Assembly: GCF_001194135.2 (NCBI RefSeq)
Contig: NC_068981.1
Coordinates: 103,872,640-103,906,003 of the forward strand
Source: Octopus bimaculoides
Lineage: Eukaryota
Direction: 5' to 3'
Length of the DNA: 33,364 bases
In this document: one piece after another, positions 1 to 10,624 of the stretch
Position numbering within the stretch: the stretch's first letter is position 1
Layout: each line of letters opens with the position of its first letter
Position numbers and translations under genes: made by a program
The notes under the pieces: generated by a model
Databases searched by the model: none
Told to the model about the DNA's origin: nothing
Seen by the model: the letters and a program-made list of their open reading frames with translations, nothing else

Positions 1-16
1 TATGTACATGTATATA

Positions 17-332
17 TTCTTTTATTTTGTTTCAGTCACTTGACTGTGACCATGCTGGAGCACTGCCTTTAGTCAAACAAATCAACCCTAGGACTTATTC
101 TTCGTAAGCCTAGTACTTATTCTATCGATCTCTTTTTGCCAAACCACTAAGTTACAGGGACGTAAACACACCAACCTCAATTGTCAAGCGATGGTGGGGG
201 AACAAACACAGACACACAAATACATATATATATGATGGGCTTCTTTCAGTTTCCATCTACCAAATTCACTCAAGGCTTTGGTCAGCCCGAGGCAATAGTA
301 GAAGACACTTGCCCAAGGTGCCATGCAGTGGG
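17..332 (-). mobile_element. SINE family A copy, 5'-truncated
   Basis: Reverse complement matches the body and 3' tail of the full copy at 29088-29494 (cttttattttgtttcagtcacttgactgtgaccatgctggagcactgcc...gtagaagacacttgcccaaggtgccatgcagtggg). Confidence 0.9.
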
Positions 333-406
333 TAAACACAGACAATACCCACACTTTATGGGTGTTGGTTGTGAAAAATAAAACAAATTGAAAATTGAAA
401 CTGACT

Positions 407-655
407 TCATCCATCCATCCATTTTCTCTGCCCGCTGCTCCTGGATGAGACTTGTGGGGGTAAAGTTTTCAGGTGCTTCATTGATAGGGTCCTATCAGAA
501 ACTACCATCATTAGACTTTCTTGCTGGATACCCAAGCATGACCAATTGAGACTAAGGATATTATCCAATCATCTCATTCTTGGTCTACCCCCAGGTCTCA
601 TGTCGGTTGGCTTGAGCTTAAAGAACCGGTCTTGTGATTCTAACCAGTGACATTT
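407..655 (-). mobile_element. 3' end of an RTE-clade LINE (Rex3/Expander-like), decayed
   Basis: Minus strand translates as KPTDMRPGGRPRMR*LDNILSLNWSCLGIQQESLMMVVSDRTLSMKHLKTLPPQVSSRSSGQRKWMDG*. This has the RTE C-terminal GRP..RW.D.I and ..DR..W pattern and ends in an (ATGG)n tail. Confidence 0.75.
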
Positions 656-1129
656 TCTAATCACATGTCAGTTTGAATTTCTCATTGGTTTGACTTAATG
701 GCATTTTGAGGTAAAAAGAATTGATAAAAGCAGAAAAAGAAAACAAAAGGAAAGAAACTAATGAAATTTAAATTTTACAATTGCATACATCCATACTGTC
801 TTGCTCTCATACATGCTACATGCATAAATTGCTACATGCATTTAGTATGCAGTTGTTCACCTTATTGTCAAACATTTCCACCATCACCACCACCACCACA
901 TCTGCCACCGCCACCTCTCAAGCCCGTACACACACACAGACACATACACTGACAAACAGAGAAATGTTTCAGATTCAAGGGAAATGATACAATACCATGT
1001 TGTTAATTCGTTGGTTATTATCATAAATAAGTAAGATCCCTGAATAATTTCAGATGCTACATATTCTTTCTGCTGTGTTTGAATTGCTGCACATAAATCT
1101 TGTTAAAGATAAAATATATAAATACATAC

Positions 1130-1385
1130 ACAGATATGTGTGTGTGAGTATGCACACATATGTGCACGCATGCCCGTACATGTGTGCGCGTGTGTGTGTG
1201 TGTAGCAATTGCATATCTAAATGGCAGCACTGTCATCATTACTCATTTATCATTTTGCTCTTACTTCTTGGACTTTATGTATGTGTGGGTATTTGGATGC
1301 ATACATATAAATAAATGCATGTTTGTGTATATGTTTATCTATTTATGTATATATCTATCTAACTATCTGTCTGTCTGTCTATCTG

Positions 1386-1420
<35 letters not shown>

Positions 1421-1480
1421 GTATATTATATTGTTCTTTCTCTCTTTCTCTCCCTCTTCCTATACATGAGTGTGTATGTA

Positions 1481-1525
<45 letters not shown>

Positions 1526-1730
1526 CATGAATATATGGATGTACATGTTAATATGAATATATATGTGTAAGGAGAGAGAGAATTGGAGAATGTGTGTTTG
1601 TGTATTTTCTTTCATATCTATGTATGCATGCACAGCCCACCTACATGTATGCATGTGTATGTCTACATACACGCACACACACACACATGCTCACATACAT
1701 GCACATACATATATCATATGCATGTACACG
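1130..1730. repeat. Compound microsatellite / low-complexity tract (TG, TCTA, CT, TA, CA)
   Basis: Directly visible dinucleotide and tetranucleotide runs. Confidence 0.9.
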
Positions 1731-2150
1731 TATTAATATGAAGCTGACTCATTACAATATGATTATTTCCTAGAAATAACGAGAGATATATTGACATGTT
1801 CATTTTGTCCGCTTTCTTGAACCGATCTGATTTATTACTTCAAAAGGAGAAAAGTAGGAGTATCCGTGATTCATACTTAAGTTTTTACTGATCACCTGAG
1901 CAGTTTCATATCTATCTAATTTCTTTTTCTTTGCTAGCAAATATCTTTATGGTAACAGCAGATGGTTTTTGTTTTTTAACTATAATTTGCCTTTGTATTG
2001 TACTACACATAAAAGTTATTGTATATATATGTCTAGTTTGCTTTTTATATGTTCCCTGCCTGAATGTTATTTTGACTTAACAATTGTTTTTCAATCACAT
2101 GGTGTTCATTAATTATCTAATCTTTAATCAATTCTTTTGTCCTACATTGA

Positions 2151-2267
2151 GAAATCTACAATCTTTTATAATTTTCATGGAGAATTTTTGAAATCTACAA
2201 TCTTTTATAATTTTCATGGAGAATTTTTGAAATCTACAATCTTTTATAATTTTCATGGAGAATTTTT
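2151..2267. repeat. Perfect 39-bp tandem repeat x3
   Basis: gaaatctacaatcttttataattttcatggagaattttt at 2151-2189, 2190-2228 and 2229-2267; no spacers. Confidence 0.95.
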
Positions 2268-2301
2268 ATTCTTTATTTCACCATATATGGTGGAAAGCTA
2301 T

Positions 2302-2345
2302 GCTTTGCTGATGAGGTTACAATATGCCTGAAACATGCCAGAAGT
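2302..2345 (+). ncRNA. Degenerate hammerhead-like motif
   Basis: CTGATGA (2308-2314), weak GGT/GCC stem II, GAAA (2330-2333), palindromic CATG. U16.1 is replaced by C and stem I is weak, so it is probably inactive. Confidence 0.35.
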
Positions 2346-2496
2346 TGTTTCTTATATTTGACAGAAAATGTCAAAATAATGTTAGTCATTGGCTAATATT
2401 CTTTTTCTTCATTTCATACTTATATCACATCAAATATATAATCCTCCTTTTGCTAAATATGTTAGTTATTATCTTACTTATAAATCCACTCTTTAA

Positions 2497-2717
2497 CCCT
2501 TTTGATAGCACTCTACCCAAGAGTACCTTTCATTCTATAATACAAACTCCTTCCTTTAAAGTGATCTAAATTAAAACCTTCCATCAAAATTTCATGTTAG
2601 CTTAAGTTCCAAAAACCAATTTCTTAATGACAAGTTATTTTACTAAATTCTTCAGTATCTCAAAAAGTAACTGAAGCAAAGGCAGTGTATTTCAACAGAA
2701 ATATAGGGACAGAAGGT
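2497..2717. mobile_element. piggyBac-type MITE, decayed
   Basis: TTAA at 2493-2496 and 2718-2721 flanking CCCTTT.../...GAAGGT termini. The TIRs are degenerate. Confidence 0.5.
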
Positions 2718-2747
2718 TTAATTAGCCTTTCTGTTGTATATTCATTG

Positions 2748-3139
2748 TGGAGGCACAATGGCCCCAGTGGTTAGGGCAGCGGACTCGCGGTCATAGGATC
2801 GCGGTTTTGATTCCCAGACCGAGCGTTGTGAGTGTTTATTGAGCGAAAACACCTAAAGCTCCACGAGGCTCTGGCATGGGATGGTGGAGAACCCTGCTGT
2901 ACTCTTCCACCACAACTTTCTCTCACTCTTTCTTCCTGTTTCTGTTGTGCCTGTAATTCAAAGGGTCCAGCCTTGTCACACTGTGTCACGCTGAATCTCT
3001 CCGAGAACTACGTTAAGGGTACATGTATCTGTAGAGTGCTCAGCCACTTGCATATTAATTTCACGAGCAGGCTGTTCCGTTGATCGGATCAACTGGAATC
3101 CTCGATGTCGTAAGCGACAGAGTGCCAACAACAACAACA
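2748..3139 (+). mobile_element. tRNA-derived SINE family B, full length, with 13-bp TSD
   Basis: Pol III A box (TGGCCCCAGTGG) and B-box-like GGTTTTGATTCC, (AAC)n tail, and TSD tgtatattcattg at 2735-2747 and 3140-3152. A near-identical copy lies at 30495-30884. Confidence 0.92.
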
Positions 3140-3386
3140 TGTATATTCATTGAGAAAGTGCATTTGTCAAGTAGCCCCTATTTGCATAGTTGAAAAAGAA
3201 AAAAAAAGGAAAAGAAACTGAAAATTCATTGCTAATCATTATCAATGTCACATACTTAATGTATGAATTTTGTTTATATGCTTATTACTTGTGGAATTTC
3301 ATTCCAGGGAAAATCCTTTTAAGACATTGACTTTTAAACAACACTATCTCAAACCAGGTGAACCAGATCACCCTGTTGGTGAACAA

Positions 3387-3441
3387 GAGTGGTAGATATT
3401 GATATTTCGCTGCTACTTCAGCTCATCAGCACTGTATACCC
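3387..3441 (-). ncRNA. Type I hammerhead ribozyme, intact core
   Basis: Minus strand reads GUG-CUGAUGA-GCUG(aaguag)CAGC-GAAA-UAUCAAUAUC/UAC. It has a canonical G10.1-C11.1 pair, a perfect 4-bp stem II, stem III AUA/UAU and an AUC cleavage triplet (C at 3395). Stem I is GUG/UAC plus GGGU/ACUC beyond an internal loop. Confidence 0.8.
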
Positions 3442-3685
3442 AAGTCAATTTCAATTGCTCGTATGAGGTTTATATGCAGATAATGTAAAATTTATCTGCT
3501 GATATGTGACAGTGTTGCAGAAGTAAACCAACTTTAAATTTTGAATTAGAAGCATCTCTAACAATGCAAACATTACTGCTGTCACATACTTGATATATGC
3601 GTTTTGTTTATATGTTTATTAGTTGTGTAATTTCATTCAAGGAAAATCCTTTGAAACAAATCACACTGTAAGTGAACAAGGATTG

Positions 3686-3726
3686 GTGGATATTGATATT
3701 TCATTGGTATTTCAGTTCACCAGCAT
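3686..3726 (-). ncRNA. Degenerate type I hammerhead (second repeat unit)
   Basis: Minus strand reads AUG-CUGGUGA-ACUG(aaauac)CAAU-GAAA-UAUCAAUAUC/CAC. It has a core A-to-G change and one stem II mismatch. Confidence 0.6.
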
Positions 3727-4278
3727 CATATACTTGAGCCACCTCTAAATGAATTCGAGTCACTGGTCTGAAGTATATATGCAGATGGTGTAAAATTTAT
3801 CTGTTGATATGCAACAGTTCTGCAGAAGTAAAACAAAATTGATTTTGAATTAGAAGTAGCCCTAACAATGTAAACTTTACCAAAGTGTATAAACAAAACA
3901 CATTAAGTATGGGATATGGGTAATGGTTTAGATGATTAGAGCTGCTGCTAATTTCAAAATTCATAGGGTTCATACTTATCTTCAATTTCCATAGCATTAA
4001 TTGGATGATTGATAAATCTTCCCCTGGGTAGGACCTTGATTCTATCATCAGTAGATTTTCATTTGCCATGGGAGTAATTGGACTTGCCACTAGCAAGCTT
4101 GTGAAATACACATAAAAGTGCTGCAGCTGCTGTTGCTTACAAGAGTCAACTACAACTGCAACGGTTAGTGTTTAGTGCTAAGCAGACCAGGTCATTGAAG
4201 AGCTGAGTATGTTAGTGAAAGATACAATGGACAGCTAGTGATAAGACATATGCAACTGAACCTGCTATTCTTAACATA

Positions 4279-4642
4279 AGCACAGATATATCCATGTAGT
4301 GCAAAGCTTCTTCCCAACCACATGGTTCCAGATTTAGTCCCACTGCCAACCAAAGCCTTTTGAGTAGATTTGGTGATTTGGTAGGTGGAAACTGAAAGAA
4401 GCTCATTGTGTGTGTCTTTGTGTCTGTGTTTGTCCCCTCCACCACCACCACCACTTGACAACTAGTGATGGGGTTTATATTCCTGTAACTTAAGTGGTTT
4501 GGCAAAAGTGATCAGAAGAATAAGTACCAGGTTTAAAATTAAACAAAGTACTAGGGTCGATTCATTCAACTAAAAATTATTTAAGGCAGCACCACACTAT
4601 GGCCGCAGTCTAATGACTCAAACAAGTAAAAGATAAAAGATA
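4279..4642 (+). mobile_element. SINE family A, decayed
   Basis: Collinear with 29088-29494; ends aacaagtaaaagataaaagata. Confidence 0.85.
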
Positions 4643-4750
4643 CACAGAAACCTGTGCTTTGATGTAAAGTTTCTTGGTTAAATAATATAATGTCTGATAA
4701 AAGGAAATCATTGCAAACTTTTGTTAAATTTTCAAACTGAAACATATAAT

Positions 4751-5001
4751 GTGTTTAATAACATACCTAACTCGAAAGATACACACATTGTGAGACATAT
4801 ATACACTCATACACTCACAGTCATATACGAAATGTGACGTCGTTGTCGTCAACCAGCCCTGACATACATATAGTGTATTTAATAACGTACCTAGCGTGGG
4901 AAGATACGCACATTGTGATACATATACACACTCATACACTCACACACATACATTCACAGACAGATTCACAATCATATAAAAATGTGACGTTGTTGTCGTC
5001 A
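4751..5001. repeat. Local diverged tandem duplication (4751-4851 / 4873-5001)
   Basis: Both units run gtg(ta)tttaataac...agatac...cattgtga...aatgtgacgt(c/t)gttgtcgtca. Confidence 0.75.
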
Positions 5002-5265
5002 TTGTGGTTGGAATTAAAAGTGAAAGTATAAAAGTGAAACAATATGTCACAATACTATATAGATGTTATTCTTTCACTTTTATTCTTTGAGTTTTGACAC
5101 GTAATACAGAACCAGTGCTAATGTTGCATTGTTTTAATCCAAAAAAAATTACATGTTGACACTCACGGGGTCTCATAGTATTAGCCTGTAAAATTTGATT
5201 TGATTTGGTTGAGCCATTTGAGAATGCATTCAGGACAGACAGAGAGACAAAAGATTTTATATATA

Positions 5266-5275
5266 NNNNNNNNNN
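5266..5275. other. Assembly gap (10 N)
   Basis: N run inside (TA)n. Confidence 1.
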
Positions 5276-5296
5276 TATATATATATATATATATAT

Positions 5297-5752
5297 GTAT
5301 GGACAAGGACAGCTGTGTGAAGAAGTGTTGTACCCTAATGGTAGAGGAAATCTGTGGAAGAAGTAGACCCAGGAGGACATGGGATGAGATGGTGAAGCAT
5401 GATCTTTGAATGTTGGGCCTCATGGAGGCAATGACAAGTGACTGAGACCTTTTGTGATATGCCGTGCTTGAGAAGACCTGTCAAGCCAAGTAAGATTGTA
5501 CTTGTGGCTGATGCCGGTGTCACATAATTGGCACCCATGCTGGTGGCACATAAAAAGCACCCAATATACTCTTGGAGTGGTTGGCATTAGGAAGGGCATC
5601 CAACTGTAGAAGCCATGCCAAATCAGATTGAAACCTGGTGCAGCTTCCTGGCTTATCAGTTTTCAGTCAAACCGTTCAACCCATGCCAGCATGGAAAACA
5701 TGTTAAATGACTATTATTATTATTATTATTATTATTATTATCATCATCATCA
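5297..5752 (+). mobile_element. 3' end of an RTE-clade LINE (family E): ORF end, 3' UTR and (TAT/CAT)n tail
   Basis: Translates MDKDSCVKKCCTLMVEEICGRSRPRRTWDEMVKHDL*MLGLMEAMTSD*DLL*YAVLEKTCQAK* (RTE GRP..TW...V..DL pattern). It is followed by the ggcattaggaagggcatcc...aacccatgccagcatggaaa UTR shared with other copies in the window. Confidence 0.85.
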
Positions 5753-5788
5753 TTTACTACCTCTTTTATAATTATCGTTTAGAATTTA

Positions 5789-6125
5789 GAAGTCATGTGA
5801 CTAAGTGGTTAGGAGTATCCAGCTCATGATCATTATTCCCAGTGGCACACTGTGTCCTTGAGCAAGACACTTTATTTCACATTGCTCCAGTCCACTCAGC
5901 TGGCACAGACGAGTTGTACCCACCATTTAAAGGGCCAGCTTTGTCACGATCTATGTCATGCTGACTCACCCCGAGAACTATGTTTAGGGTACACATCTTT
6001 ATGGAGTGTTCAGCTGAGTGGACTGGAGCAATGTGAAATAAAGTGTCTTGCTCAAGGACACAATGTGCTGTCAGAAGTCAAACACTTGAGTTTACGATCA
6101 TGAGTCAGATACCCTAACCACTAAG
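5789..6125. mobile_element. Foldback of two converging SINE pieces: D-type head and core plus B-type tail (+), then an inverted core and head (-)
   Basis: Perfect 52-bp inverted repeat at 5851-5902 / 6011-6062. The spacer matches the SINE B tail (aaagggccagc...ccccgagaacta...agggtacac), and the outer heads resemble 32049-32110. Confidence 0.85.
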
Positions 6126-6329
6126 ATAACGGGGTAATACTGTTTGTAAGGAAGAGGGTGAAATAAAATTAATTAGAATAAAATAAGACAATTTGAGGTA
6201 TGAAGAGGTTTAGTTTTCATGATAGATTTAGGGTTATAAAAGTTTTAAAGGTTCATTGGTGTAAGAGATTAAGGATATATTAAAGGTTTAGGTTTATGGA
6301 TATGGAAGTGGATATAAGAATAGAAAGGT

Positions 6330-6452
6330 AGATAAATAAGTTGACAGACAGAAGGGTAGGACGATAGATAGATAGACAGAGAGACAGACAGATAGATAAA
6401 ATGATAGACAGATAGACAGACAGCTTAATATACAAAATGATAGATAGATAGA
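6330..6452. repeat. (GATA/GACA)n microsatellite
   Basis: Direct inspection. Confidence 0.85.
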
Positions 6453-7260
6453 TTAACCTACATGTGGCATGTAACCTGTAGAGAGCCTTGTTGCTGGGTG
6501 CTATAGTTTATCTTGTTAGCGCTTTCGAATCAATTATTCTTCATTAAATGTTCTTTATTTTTTGTTCATATTTGATGATGGTTACTGCTGGTGCCAGTTA
6601 AAGGTTCTATGTAATGCAAAAACACCCTGCAAGCTACAATAGACAACATAGTAGAAATTAAACTTAAAAATTTATTCTTTCGGTGCAGTCTGGTACCAAA
6701 TGATCCATGGCTGGTACTGGTTCATGGTCTAGTGGTAGCGATGGTGGTGGTGGTGGTGCTGGTGGTGGTACTGGTGGTGCTGCTGCTCTAATGATTCGGG
6801 CTAACAATTATAATTGTGCTAAATACATAATCACCTTTTACAGGTGTATAAGAGGAAAAAGAAATGTCAATAGAATGCAGTCATGTGAATATATAAAGAT
6901 CAATTAAAGTAGATAGCGTTAACCTTACACCTCTTGTATCATTGCTGCATTTATTTTTAGACATTGTTTGTTGCCACCAACTTCAGAAAGGCATGAACTC
7001 TGATTATGTTCAATTTTCTCTCCTATAAAACCTTCTGTCTCAAGCAGAGCTATTTCTAGCCCATCTTAATTAGAAATCTTGCACATTCTGCACACAGCTT
7101 GCCACTAATTTCAAAAACTTGCTTTAAGCACTTCTGGTGGTGTTTGTGCGAGAGACCTTTTCTATAAATGACTTATTCCCAATTAGTTTCTTTTCTCTTT
7201 GCTTTGCACATTGCAAGTGTCTCTGTTTCCCTCCACCTTGCGGTTGGTTGGGCAGCTATG

Positions 7261-7344
7261 ATTTCCTTGGTAACGTTGCTTGCCAATTTAACCAACCTCC
7301 AATCACTTCTGCCATCCTATTAATCCAATTGGACAATAAATTGG
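7261..7344. promoter_or_regulatory. Possible promoter-like cluster: RFX X-box-like site plus five CCAAT/ATTGG boxes
   Basis: ATTTCCTTGGTAAC at 7261-7274; CCAAT at 7283, 7299 and 7325; ATTGG at 7328 and 7340. No linked exon was identified. Confidence 0.25.
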
Positions 7345-7386
7345 CACCTTTCCCCCTGTAGGGGGAATTGAGTCACTCTTTGCCAT

Positions 7387-7656
7387 TGTTTTAAATTATT
7401 TATCATCATTCATGTTTTATTTATATTTGTTGTTGTTGTTGCTAAATTTCATTGCTTTTTCCATCCTTGTTACTATCTTTCTTTTTAGATAATAATGATA
7501 GCTTTGAGGTAATGGAATTTGTTCTTCATTGGGTAGTAGTTATCTTTGAAATAAGAAAATAGCAAACCAGCTTTCAGAAAACATCCCTCTCAGTTATTGA
7601 TTTTGCGTGTGTGTGTTTGTATGTATTTTAAAATGTTATATATACATACATTTCTG

Positions 7657-7690
<34 letters not shown>

Positions 7691-8345
7691 TACACAGAGG
7701 AGAGAGAAAGAAAGAGATGGAGAGAAACATTATATATTTATATAGATAGATGCTTGTGTGTATATATANNNNNNNNNNNNNNNNNNNNNNNNNNNNNNNN
7801 NNNNNNNNNNNNNNNNNNNNNNNNNNNNNNNNNNNNNNNNNNNNNNNNNNNNNNNNNNNNNNNNNNNNNNNNNNNNNNNNNNNNNNNNNNNNNNNNNNNN
7901 NNNNNNNNNNNNNNNNNNNNNNNNNNNNNNNNNNNNNNNNNNNNNNNNNNNNNNNNNNNNNNNNNNNNNNNNNNNNNNNNNNNNNNNNNNNNNNNNNNNN
8001 NNNNNNNNNNNNNNNNNNNNNNNNNNNNNNNNNNNNNNNNNNNNNNNNNNNNNNNNTGTTTTAAATTATTTATCATCATTCATGTTTTATTTATATTTGT
8101 TGTTGTTGTTGCTAAATTTCATTGCTTTTTCCATCCTTGTTACTATCTTTCTTTTTAGATAATAATGATAGCTTTGAGGTAATGGAATTTGTTCTTCATT
8201 GGGTAGTAGTTATCTTTGAAATAAGAAAATAGCAAACCAGCTTTCAGAAAACATCCCTCTCAGTTATTGATTTTGCGTGTGTGTGTTTGTATGTATTTTA
8301 AAATGTTATATATACATACATTTCTGTATATATATATATATATAT
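7387..8345. repeat. Apparently identical 289-bp direct duplicate flanking a gap (7387-7675 = 8057-8345); likely assembly artefact
   Basis: No difference seen by eye; the copies are separated by a TA microsatellite and an N gap. Confidence 0.8.
7769..8056. other. Assembly gap
   Basis: N run. Confidence 1.
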
Positions 8346-8640
8346 GATGTTGTAAATTAGATTTTGTTTTGCAATTCATATTTGCATTAACCTTCAATTC
8401 CTTTCATTTGGGGATTTTAAAGATTTGTTGGGTGTTTTCTTTGATTATTTTTCTTAGATCTAATGATTGGTGTAAAATTGGAAGATATCGTTTGGCTCAA
8501 TGTAACATGTTACAATTTCTGGGATCGTGGATGACTATAAATGGGATCTTTTTTTTTTTTTTTTGTGCCTTCCCTCACATTATGAAAGTTTCTTGAATAA
8601 GTCAGGGACTGCAATTTGTTTTACCTTGTTAGGATATTCT

Positions 8641-8980
8641 TTTATTCTTTTACTTATCTCAGTCATTTGACTGCAGTCATGCTAGAGCACCACCCTAAAA
8701 GGTTTTAGTTGAACAAATTGACACCAGGACTTATTTTTTAATATTTTTAAAGCCTAGTATCTATTCCCTTGGTTTCTTTTGCTGCTCTGCTAAGTTACAG
8801 AAACATAAACACGCCAACAGTGAGCTTCTTTCAGTTTCCGTCTACCAAATCCACTCACAAGGCTTTGGTCGGCTTGAGGCTACAGTAGAAGACATTTCCC
8901 AAGGTGCCACACAGTGGGACTGAACTCGGAACCATGTGGTTGGGAAGCAAGCTTCTTACTGCACAGCCATGCCTGCACCT
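8641..8980 (-). mobile_element. SINE family A with internal deletion, inserted in the PLE
   Basis: Tail through head homology to 29088-29494; the middle CA-rich part is missing. Confidence 0.88.
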
Positions 8981-9381
8981 ATTCTTTTATTCTTTTACTT
9001 GTTTCAGTCATTTGATTGCAGCCGTGCTGAAGCACTGCCTTAAAGGGTTTTAGTTGAACAAATCGACCCCAGAACTTATTCGTTGTAAGCCGAGTACTTA
9101 TTCTACTGGTCTCTTTTGCCAGACGACTAAATTATAGAGACATAAGCACACCAGTATTGGTTGTCAAACGATGGTGGTGGGACAACACACACACACACAC
9201 ACACACACATACACATATGATGAGCTTCTTTCAGTTTCCATCCACCAAATCCACTCACAAGACTTTGGTTGACCCTTGATTATAGTAGAAGACACATGAC
9301 CAAGGTGCCATGCAGTGGGACTGAATCTGGGACCATATGTTTTGGAAGCAAGCTTCTTACCACACAGCCACACCTGCAGCT
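8981..9381 (-). mobile_element. SINE family A, near full length, tandem with the previous copy
   Basis: Full collinearity with 29088-29494. Confidence 0.9.
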
Positions 9382-9682
9382 ATGGTTAACAATTTTTTTT
9401 TTTTTTTGCTATTTTTGTCTTTGGAGGCATATTTTGTTCAGCCAATGACCTCCTTCTCACTTACTCTGACTATAGTACATATACATTTTTCCATATTAAA
9501 TGGGATATTTTTTGTTGAGGATGGATGGTAAAATCTAAAGTTGGGGGTGGGTTGCTTTTGCAGTAGGAATCAGTTGTAATGGTCTCAATTTCCTTAATTA
9601 CCAAAATGTCCCCAAAACAACGTCCCCTTTCTTTCATTTCCCTTATGAAACTGATCAATTCATAATTGTTATTGATTAATTT

Positions 9683-9745
9683 GGCATGGTTTTCTTTACT
9701 TCTGTTCCAAAACCTGGCATGGTTTTCTTTACTTCTTTTCCAAAA
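9683..9745. repeat. 33-bp tandem duplication inside the PLE
   Basis: ggcatggttttctttacttct(g/t)ttccaaaa at 9683 and 9716. Confidence 0.85.
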
Positions 9746-9923
9746 TATAAAGCAGTCATCTAGGAATCTTTTTCAATTTTCTTTTAAATAAGATTGGGAA
9801 TGCTGATCAAAAGTAATTCCAGATTAGGCATAGATGTGTCATGTGGTTGCAACTTTTGTGCCCATTGCCATCTCTTTTATTTGAAAGTGATATTAGTTAT
9901 CAAAAAGGAAGTTATTTTCTAGA

Positions 9924-10624
9924 ATGAACCATAATCTTTCTTGTATAAATTTGTATTGGAATCTCTCTTCAATTCTGTGTTAGTATTTGTGTATCCAAAA
10001 TTCCACTTCTTCCAACTCTAACCCAAGGGGATCATTTGTGTAGAAGTTGATCACTTTGAAACTAAGGTTGTCTCTATATTTACTCTTCCTGGAACATGGT
10101 TTAAGAAGTTCATATCTCTGATGAATCTAGGAAGCATTTTGTATAATGGTTTAGATATGTTGTCCAGTAAATTGTTTAATTGTAGATCATTTGATGTTGG
10201 CCCTGCAACAATGGGGTGCAATTTTAAATCAGATGGTTTATATGTTGTGCATGGCAGTCCTTTAAGCTGTTATGAACCATAATTTTTCTTGTATAAATTT
10301 GTATTGGAATCTTTCCTCAATTCTGTGTTAGTATTTGTCTATCCAAAATTCCACTTCTTCCAACTCTAACCCAAGGGGGTCATTTGTGTAGAAGTTGATC
10401 ACTTTGAAACTAAGGTTGTCTCTATATTTACTCTTCCTGAAACATGGTTTAAGAAGTTCATATCTCTGATGAATCTAGGAAGCATTTTGCATAATAGTTT
10501 TGATATGTTGTCCAGTAAATTGTTTAATTATAGACCATTTGATGTTGGCCCTCCAACGATGGGGTGAAATTTTAAATCAGATGGTTTATGTATTGTGTGT
10601 GGCAGTTCTCTAAGCTGTTATGAA
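9924..10624. repeat. 348-bp tandem duplication of the PLE RT core
   Basis: Units start atgaaccataat at 9924 and 10272 and differ only by scattered substitutions. Confidence 0.92.

Larger units (their letters stand above)
3247..3875 (-). repeat. Diverged tandem dimer (about 300-330 bp units), one hammerhead motif per unit; retrozyme-like
   Basis: Units start gtcacatact at 3247 and 3581 and end ...ctaacaatg(c/t)aaac. They are collinear with indels, and each has a hammerhead core on the minus strand. Confidence 0.8.

Noticed and set aside
2151-2267. 39-bp repeats as a CRISPR array or in-frame peptide repeat (KSTIFYNFHGEFL)
   Set aside because: There are no spacers or cas genes and the context is eukaryotic. 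The in-frame repeat follows trivially from 39 being divisible by 3.
4010-4060. Minus-strand CTGATGA at 4045-4051
   Set aside because: No convincing stem II, GAAA or stem III could be built.
6707-6907. Gly-rich ORF (plus) or Pro-rich frame (minus) as an exon
   Set aside because: It derives from a (GGT/GCT)n low-complexity tract, with no convincing splice pair or recognisable domain.
10118-10472. CTGATGA at 10118 and 10466 as hammerhead cores
   Set aside because: No stem II or GAAA follows; they are the antisense of the PLE RT codons for RFIRD.
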